Positions 5,879 to 11,660 of a DNA stretch of 11,660 nucleotides are shown piece by piece. This stretch comes from a bacterium (lineage in GTDB: Bacteria; Zhuqueibacterota; Zhuqueibacteria; Oceanimicrobiales; Oceanimicrobiaceae): assembly GCA_046758365.1 (NCBI GenBank), contig JBHIAC010000109.1, positions 1 to 11,660 on the forward strand, read 5' to 3'. Both the position numbers and the translations under genes were made by a program. Under the pieces are notes generated by a model, which searched no databases, was not told the DNA's origin, and was given only the letters and a program-made list of their open reading frames with translations. How positions within the stretch are numbered: the first letter of the stretch is position 1; each line of letters begins with the position of its first letter.

Positions 5879-8800
5879 TGATGTTAAGGCAAGCAACATG
5901 GATTGTTGTTTTATTTCTTCTAATTCACAGTAGTTTGATTTGGGGACAGTCGCCTACTCTTTTAAATAATGCCTTTCAAGTTATCGAATTTGATGCCAGT
6001 AAAGTAGTTTACATTTTACAGCCTTTCGACCTACGTTTAACCCCTTTTCCTCTTGATAATGCCACCTACCATTTAGTGACCGTTCCAGGTTTTGGCCTAA
6101 CGACGGTTCCGGGCTTTCCAATGCTGCCTGTAACTGGGGCTTTAATTCAAATTCCATCTGATGCAGAACTTTTCGTTACCATACTTGAAAGTCAATACGA
6201 AGAATTAACCGGAATTGATTTGCCACCCGCTCCGGAAATACAGGAAGATTCGACTTCAGAAAATATTTCGTTTTTATATAAAAAAAAAGCCTCGATTTAC
6301 TCTTCAGACATTTTCTGGCCTACGAAACTTGCTGAAATCTCTGGTAAAGGTCGATGGCGTGGTCTGAACATCGGAAGAATTCAGATGAATCCTATTCAGT
6401 ACAATCCTGTGCAAAAAATCCTGAGAGTGTACAAAACTCTAAAAATTCAAGTTCAGTTTTCCAAACCCTTAAAACGAAATACAAAAGGCGGCGGCCAACA
6501 GTCAGATGTTTTTGAAAATCTAACAAAATCGGTTTTGTTAAATTATGATAAAAGTCTCCAAAGCGTATCGGATAAAAATTTATTCAAAACTAAGATCAAA
6601 ACTACGACTTGGTATAATCCTCAAGCTACATACTACAAACTTCTTGTGGGTGAAGAGGGCATTTATTCTTTAACCTATGAAGAACTGTTGAATGCTGGGC
6701 TTGAGGTTGATCTGCTTGACTTAAATAATTTAAAAATTCTCTATCAAGGAAAACAAATACCTATATGGATTGAGGGGCCTCTAAATTCAACCTTGAGTCC
6801 ACAAAATACTATCTATTTTTATGGCGACCGACATCATGGTTCTGACACTTATTTTGACCTATATACGGACACCAATGTTTATTGGCTGACAACGGATGGC
6901 GGCATTGGTAAGAGATACCAGCTTGTAATGGAAGATAGTCTATTAACCAATGAAGAGCCATTTTATTGGGAGACACTGCATTTTGAAAAAGATTCTTTTT
7001 TCTACCGATGGAATAGTTCGAGTTCTATCGATCCAGGAGAAGGCTGGGTTTGGCGATATCTTTTCGATAATGAAGGGGAACGCTTTAATTTCCATGTGAG
7101 CGGCTTGTATGAATCCGTTAGTGCTTGTTCCTTAAAAGTTAGAGTTCAGGGAACTACTAAAGATCCTGTAAAACCGGATCACCATATTCAATTATTCATT
7201 AATGATCAGGTCGGGGGAGAAGCCTATTTTGATGATAGAGAAGAATTAATTTGGGAGCTTTCATTTCCCACAAGCTTACTACATGATGGAATGAATAAGT
7301 TTGAATTACATTTAGTGCCAGATACCGGCGCTCAATTAAATCAAATCTACCTCGACTGGATCGAAATTGTTTATCCGAGGGTTCATGCAGCTCAAAATAG
7401 TAATTTAAAATTTCAAAATCCAAATCCTTCGAGTTTGCTAACTCAATATTCTGTTGTTAATTTTGATAGTTCAGATATATTTATATTTAATCCGAGATTT
7501 GCTAAAGTGTGGAAACCTGAAACTCAAAAAGCATCCTTTTATAGAGTTGAATCGGCTGGTTTCGATGATGGTAAATATGTGCGCATTGAGGCTGATTTTA
7601 AAATCTATGACAATTGGGATAGGGGACATAATTTAGTCGCCATCAATCACCAAACCAGGGAAATAATTACGACAAACTTTGACACTTACACTTCTTCCGA
7701 TGCAGCAGATGAAATGGCTAACTTTATTAATTCTTTGCCTGAAGGAAGTGTGGTTCTAGTTGGAATTTTAGATGAAGGTTCCGCAAATATGACAGAGAAG
7801 GCATACCAGGCCTTGGAATCGCTTGGCAGCGCTTTAACCCGTGAGGTTAGTTATCGTGATTCCTGGGCCATTGTCGGCTGGAAAGGCGCGCCTGTTGGTA
7901 CTGTCGAGGAAGTTCTTTCTAAAAGATTTAGTGGGCCTGCATTTGTAGAGGATACTCTAAGGAATGAACAAGCGTATCACTTTAGTGCTTCATTTAAAGA
8001 TACTGCTACCTCTGGAAGTTTTTATTACGGTGTTTCCGGGCGTGGATTTAAGAAAGTCCTGCACATTCAAAAAGATAAAAGTAGCGATTTACAAGCTCTT
8101 TCGAACGGAGCCGATTATATTATCATTACCCATGAGAATTTTATAAAGCAAGCAGAAAGACTGGCAGAATATAGAAGAGATCATAACGGATTTAGGAGCG
8201 TAGTCGTGGATGTCCAAGACATCTATGATGAATTTAACGGTGGTATCATCCATCCCCAGGCTATTAAAGATTTTTTATATTATGCTTACTTAAACTGGGA
8301 AAGACCAGTGCCCTCTTATGTGGTTCTTTTTGGAGACGCTTCCTGGGACCCCAAAATGCTAATGAAAGAGTCCAAAAAAATTAATTATGTACCAATCTAT
8401 GGAGATCCGGTTACGGACAACTGGTTTGTGGCGTTTGATGGACCGGACGATGTGCTTCCCGAAATGTTTATCGGCCGTATTCCTGTTGAAACGGCAGAGC
8501 AAGCGGATGTGGTGGTGAATAAAATAGTCTCCTACGAAAAATTATCATTTGATGCATGGAACAAAGAATTTGTTTTTTTAAATGGCGGTATAAATAGTAC
8601 TGAGCAAAACATTTTTTTCCAACAGGCGAATACCTTAATTAAAGAATATATTGAAACATCGCCTTTTAATGGAGAGGCTATTCAATTCAACAAAACGACC
8701 GATGAAGCCATTACCGTCTCATTTCGAAATGTTGCTGCCGATAAAATAAATAAAGGCGTTCTTTGGGTAAACTTTTTAGGACATGCTGGAAGCGCAGTAT

Positions 8801-11652
8801 GGGATATTGATATCGGCCAGCCAGAAGATTGGAGGAATACAGAGATATTTCCTTTTATGACGGGAATGTCATGCCATTCCGCGCGCTTTGCCAATCCAGT
8901 AATGAACAGCCTGTCTGAAAAGTATGTTCTCAACTCTATGGGAGCCTCAGCTTATTGGGGGTCTACCGGTTTTGGATATGTAACACAAGATTTTTACCTA
9001 TTAGATGGGCTTTTACCAGTCGTGACTAAAGACACGGTTCGCAGTGTAGGAGAAGCTACGACTCTGGCAAAAGTAAGTCTATGGTTGCGATTAGGAGATC
9101 AATCACGTAATCGCAATGTAATCCATCAATATAACCTAATTGGAGATCCAGCACTGAATTTTGTTCTTTCCACCAAGCCAGAACTTGCCATTAACTCTGG
9201 GGAGATTAGGTTCGAATCTGATTTTTTGTTGACAACCGATTCATCTTCGACTGTTTCAGCAAAAATCCGAAATTATGGTTTAACGCCAGAAGATAGTGTA
9301 GATATTCAATTTTCAGTTATCGACCCAGGAGGTAATCAGTTCACATTAGAATTCTTCAAGATAAAACCAATTGGTTTTGTAGATTCTGTAGCAGTTTCCT
9401 GGAATATACCTAATTTCCCTGGACTTTATCGTTTACAAGTCCAGGTTGACCCTACGGATTTAATCGAAGAGGAAGACGATTTGAATAATGTGGCAGAAAA
9501 GCAAATTTATGTTTATTCATCTCAATTGACGATTCTAAAGCCTTTGGAATTTGGTTTGGTGAATACGTCTACTCCTGAACTGGTGACTAACAATACAAAA
9601 GTGGTTGGCGAAAATATAATATATTATTTTGAAGTGGATACGTCGCTGAAATTTAATAGCCCATTATTGATGCAATCCGACCCGATTCCGGAGGGAAAAC
9701 TGGTGACGAAATGGAGCCCTCAACTTTCAAGAATCGGGGTCTATTATTGGCGCGTACGAACATTTGATGGTGAAAATTATGGGCCCTGGGAAAGTTCATC
9801 TTTTACCTATTTACCACTCAGCAATTTTCAGTGGCAGCAATCAACAAAGGATCAGTTTATTAAAAATCATTTAGAGAATGTAAACTCATCTCTAAGTGAT
9901 GAAATTGAGTTACAACAAATACAATTCATTTACAAGGCCGAATCTGCGGGCTTTAATGATGGAAATTCGGCCGTGTTGTCTTTAAACAAGGAGGTTTTTG
10001 GTCAAAATTTGAGGGGGCACAATCTTGCCGTTTTCGATGAATCGAATGGAACGTTGTTATTCACTGCAAGTTTTGATACCTGGGTAGATCCTGCTAATGC
10101 AGAGGCCATGGCCGAATTTATTAATAGTTTACAAGAAGGTCAAATTGTCTTGGCAGCTATCAGAGATGAAGGTAGTTGGTCCATGACCGAGAGTGCCTAT
10201 TCAGCTTTAGAAAGCCTTGGCAGTGCCCTGACTCGTCAGGTGGGTTATCGAGATTCATGGGCCATCATTGGCAGAAAAGGAGCCGCCATGGGTTCGGTAC
10301 CCGAGGCCATGAGCAAAGCCGGCGAAGGTCGTGTTGTCATTGCTGACACACTCTACCGTTTTAAGAAATCGGGAACGATGATTTCTACAGAAATCGGACC
10401 TGCTTTGGGTTGGAAATTGTTACATCTTTCTTATAATGTCACATCTCCAGAGGATCGGATACAATTTCAGATCATTGGCCAGAATCATGAAACAGGTCAA
10501 TGGGATAGTTTGATGTCGGCTATTAAGGATGTTGAGCAGGTTAATTTATCCAACATTGATGCAAAAATTTATCCAAAGATTAAATTGGAGACTCATTTAT
10601 TATCTGCAGATGGTTTAAATTCCCCCCAGTTGAATTCCTGGGCCCTAGATTTTAAACCACCGCCTGATCTAGCTGTAGGCAAAGGCTCTATAAGCCTAAG
10701 CCGTGACTCGGTTTTTGCAGGTGCTGATGTAGGATTAAAGGTAGAAGCTGCAAATTTTGGACTGAGTCCTACCGATAGTTTTACCGTACGTATTCTGCGC
10801 TCAGATCCGGTAGCAGGTGATGTTGAATTAAATCGTTTAAGAATGTCAGGCATTTCAATCGATCAATATAAGACCCTCAACTCGGTAATTCCAACCAAAG
10901 GATTATTAGGAAAAACAAAAATAACTGTGGAAGTGGATGCGGATCATGAAATCCCAGAGATCGATGAGAATAACAACAGTTATTTTACTAATCTTTGGGT
11001 CGCCCAAGACACCCTCTTCCCTGAAATTCGAGTTACTTTTGACGGCCGAGAAGTTGGAGGGGGTGAGTTTGTTTCGGCCAACCCGGAAATTGTAGTCGAA
11101 TTGCGTGATAAAGGAACGGCCTCGTTTACGGACACTTCGTTTGTTTCTTCTTTTTTAGATGGTGAGCGAATCGTTTACGGTTCTAAAGCTGGTCAGGCTC
11201 AATTAATACCTCAAAACGATTCCAATGATCCTGACCTAAAAGCTTTAGTCATTTTTACTCCACAGTTGACTGATGGTGAACATACGCTTGAAATAGTAGC
11301 AAAAGATGCTTCAGGTAATCTTCGCACCTTTCAAAATCAATTTTATGTAAGTTCGAAGTTTTTAATCGCCAACGTCATGAACTACCCAAATCCATTCCGT
11401 ACTGAAACGGATTTTACCTATGTTCTCACCCAACCCGCAGATGAAGTTAGAATCAAAATTTATACAATTTCGGGTAGATTGATTCGTGAATTAGATTTTA
11501 TTCCTACCCAGGTCGGATTTAACCAGTTTCATTGGAACGGCCGCGATCACGATGGTGATGCCCTTAGCAATGGTGTTTATCTGTATAAAATAATTGCACG
11601 TAAGAGCGACCAGCAAGTTGAGATTGTGGAAAAGTTTGTAGTAATGAGATAA
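5878..11652 (+). CDS. Secreted 1924-aa C25-family cysteine peptidase, PorU/PorU2-like T9SS sortase candidate, with two ILEI-like domains, two CARDB domains and a C-terminal T9SS/FlgD-Ig sorting domain
   Basis: Signal peptide aa 1-23. C25 propeptide ('PGFPMLP', 'NPIQYNP'). PorU-like 'YYKLLVGEEGIYSL...IYFYG...YTDTNVYWLT'. Catalytic domain 'ADYIIITH...IYDEFNGG...YVVLFGDAS...IGRIPV...VNFLGHAG...GMSCHS...YNLIGDPA'. C-terminus 'NYPNPF...IKIYTISGRLIR...WNGRDHDG..LSNGVYLYKI...KFVVMR'. Confidence 0.9.
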   Translation: MMLRQATWIVVLFLLIHSSLIWGQSPTLLNNAFQVIEFDASKVVYILQPFDLRLTPFPLDNATYHLVTVPGFGLTTVPGFPMLPVTGALIQIPSDAELFVTILESQYEELTGIDLPPAPEIQEDSTSENISFLYKKKASIYSSDIFWPTKLAEISGKGRWRGLNIGRIQMNPIQYNPVQKILRVYKTLKIQVQFSKPLKRNTKGGGQQSDVFENLTKSVLLNYDKSLQSVSDKNLFKTKIKTTTWYNPQATYYKLLVGEEGIYSLTYEELLNAGLEVDLLDLNNLKILYQGKQIPIWIEGPLNSTLSPQNTIYFYGDRHHGSDTYFDLYTDTNVYWLTTDGGIGKRYQLVMEDSLLTNEEPFYWETLHFEKDSFFYRWNSSSSIDPGEGWVWRYLFDNEGERFNFHVSGLYESVSACSLKVRVQGTTKDPVKPDHHIQLFINDQVGGEAYFDDREELIWELSFPTSLLHDGMNKFELHLVPDTGAQLNQIYLDWIEIVYPRVHAAQNSNLKFQNPNPSSLLTQYSVVNFDSSDIFIFNPRFAKVWKPETQKASFYRVESAGFDDGKYVRIEADFKIYDNWDRGHNLVAINHQTREIITTNFDTYTSSDAADEMANFINSLPEGSVVLVGILDEGSANMTEKAYQALESLGSALTREVSYRDSWAIVGWKGAPVGTVEEVLSKRFSGPAFVEDTLRNEQAYHFSASFKDTATSGSFYYGVSGRGFKKVLHIQKDKSSDLQALSNGADYIIITHENFIKQAERLAEYRRDHNGFRSVVVDVQDIYDEFNGGIIHPQAIKDFLYYAYLNWERPVPSYVVLFGDASWDPKMLMKESKKINYVPIYGDPVTDNWFVAFDGPDDVLPEMFIGRIPVETAEQADVVVNKIVSYEKLSFDAWNKEFVFLNGGINSTEQNIFFQQANTLIKEYIETSPFNGEAIQFNKTTDEAITVSFRNVAADKINKGVLWVNFLGHAGSAVWDIDIGQPEDWRNTEIFPFMTGMSCHSARFANPVMNSLSEKYVLNSMGASAYWGSTGFGYVTQDFYLLDGLLPVVTKDTVRSVGEATTLAKVSLWLRLGDQSRNRNVIHQYNLIGDPALNFVLSTKPELAINSGEIRFESDFLLTTDSSSTVSAKIRNYGLTPEDSVDIQFSVIDPGGNQFTLEFFKIKPIGFVDSVAVSWNIPNFPGLYRLQVQVDPTDLIEEEDDLNNVAEKQIYVYSSQLTILKPLEFGLVNTSTPELVTNNTKVVGENIIYYFEVDTSLKFNSPLLMQSDPIPEGKLVTKWSPQLSRIGVYYWRVRTFDGENYGPWESSSFTYLPLSNFQWQQSTKDQFIKNHLENVNSSLSDEIELQQIQFIYKAESAGFNDGNSAVLSLNKEVFGQNLRGHNLAVFDESNGTLLFTASFDTWVDPANAEAMAEFINSLQEGQIVLAAIRDEGSWSMTESAYSALESLGSALTRQVGYRDSWAIIGRKGAAMGSVPEAMSKAGEGRVVIADTLYRFKKSGTMISTEIGPALGWKLLHLSYNVTSPEDRIQFQIIGQNHETGQWDSLMSAIKDVEQVNLSNIDAKIYPKIKLETHLLSADGLNSPQLNSWALDFKPPPDLAVGKGSISLSRDSVFAGADVGLKVEAANFGLSPTDSFTVRILRSDPVAGDVELNRLRMSGISIDQYKTLNSVIPTKGLLGKTKITVEVDADHEIPEIDENNNSYFTNLWVAQDTLFPEIRVTFDGREVGGGEFVSANPEIVVELRDKGTASFTDTSFVSSFLDGERIVYGSKAGQAQLIPQNDSNDPDLKALVIFTPQLTDGEHTLEIVAKDASGNLRTFQNQFYVSSKFLIANVMNYPNPFRTETDFTYVLTQPADEVRIKIYTISGRLIRELDFIPTQVGFNQFHWNGRDHDGDALSNGVYLYKIIARKSDQQVEIVEKFVVMR
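5980..6459 (+). other. Domain: gingipain-type C25 propeptide (approx. aa 35-194)
   Basis: 'YHLVTVPG...PGFPMLPVTGALIQIP...FWP...RGLNIGRIQMNPIQYNPVQKILRVYKTLKIQVQF'. Boundaries approximate. Confidence 0.75.
7540..7959 (+). repeat. Domain: ILEI/PANDER (GG-type lectin)-like copy 1 (aa 555-694)
   Basis: 'ESAGFDDG...RGHNLVAI...FDTY...MANFINSLPEGSVVLVGILDEGS...ALESLGS...YRDSWAIVGWKG'. Confidence 0.8.
8110..9156 (+). other. Domain: peptidase C25 catalytic domain (aa 745-1093), predicted dyad His969/Cys999
   Basis: His codon CAT at 8782-8784 in 'NFLGHAG'; Cys codon TGC at 8872-8874 in 'GMSCHS'; domain ends at 'LIGDPAL'. Confidence 0.85.
9175..9513 (+). other. Domain: CARDB-like Ig fold 1
   Basis: 'KPELAI...IRNYG...VQVDPTDLIEEEDDLNNVA' fits the CARDB pattern PDL...NxG...VDxxxxIxExxExNN. 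Confidence 0.75.
9931..10353 (+). repeat. Domain: ILEI/PANDER (GG-type lectin)-like copy 2 (aa 1352-1492)
   Basis: 'ESAGFNDG...RGHNLAVF...FDTW...MAEFINSLQEGQIVLAAIRDEGS...ALESLGS...YRDSWAIIGRKG'. About 71 of 141 positions identical to copy 1 by hand alignment. Confidence 0.8.
10660..11001 (+). other. Domain: CARDB-like Ig fold 2
   Basis: 'PPDLAV...AANFG...VEVDADHEIPEIDENNNS'. Confidence 0.75.
11362..11649 (+). other. Domain: T9SS type-A CTD / FlgD-Ig-like C-terminal sorting domain
   Basis: 'YPNPF', 'IKIYTISGRLIREL', 'WNGRD..G..LSNGVYLY' and terminal 'KFVVMR', matching the CTD motifs YPNP / LxxGxY / KxxxK. Confidence 0.85.
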
Positions 11653-11660
11653 AATTATTT

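Noticed and set aside
6280..6288. A9 tract in the C25 gene (and A8 tracts in the GT4) as phase-variation switches
   Set aside because: The frames are intact, and runs of this length are expected from Lys codons in AT-rich genes. Read-level length variation would be needed to support the idea.
7540..10353. DGR template/variable repeat pair
   Set aside because: Differences involve all four bases and fall largely at synonymous sites, not specifically at adenines. Both copies are in-frame domains and no reverse transcriptase is present.
7199..10853. Small ORFs 7199-7423(-), 7454-7636(+), 7964-8146(+), 8682-8933(-), 10593-10853(-)
   Set aside because: All are nested in the 1924-aa CDS and have no motifs; they are expected alternative-frame shadows.

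Overview
All credible genes in this 11.66-kb bacterial window lie on the + strand, in two compositionally distinct blocks. The left block (1-~4750, roughly 20-30% GC in the lines I counted by hand) is the end of a surface-polysaccharide cluster: a 5'-truncated O-antigen ligase/polymerase-like membrane protein, a GT2, a GT4, a non-coding gap with three degenerate ~33-bp palindromes, then gmhA and an hddC-like nucleotidyltransferase (half of the GDP-heptose pathway). The right block (~4750-11660, roughly 40% GC) has its own putative extended -10 promoter. It encodes a WecA/TagO-type initiating HexNAc-1-P transferase whose stop codon overlaps the start (TGATG) of a 1924-aa secreted C25 (gingipain/PorU-like) cysteine peptidase. 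That protein has a propeptide, two ~50% identical ILEI/GG-lectin-like domains, two CARDB domains and a PorU-like C-terminal T9SS/FlgD-Ig sorting domain. The best candidate for an undescribed system is this wecA + lectin-bearing PorU-like pair beside a glycan cluster, possibly a glycan-recognising protein-anchoring transpeptidase. The host is probably in the FCB group (inferred). All family assignments come from motif recognition by eye; no searches were run.
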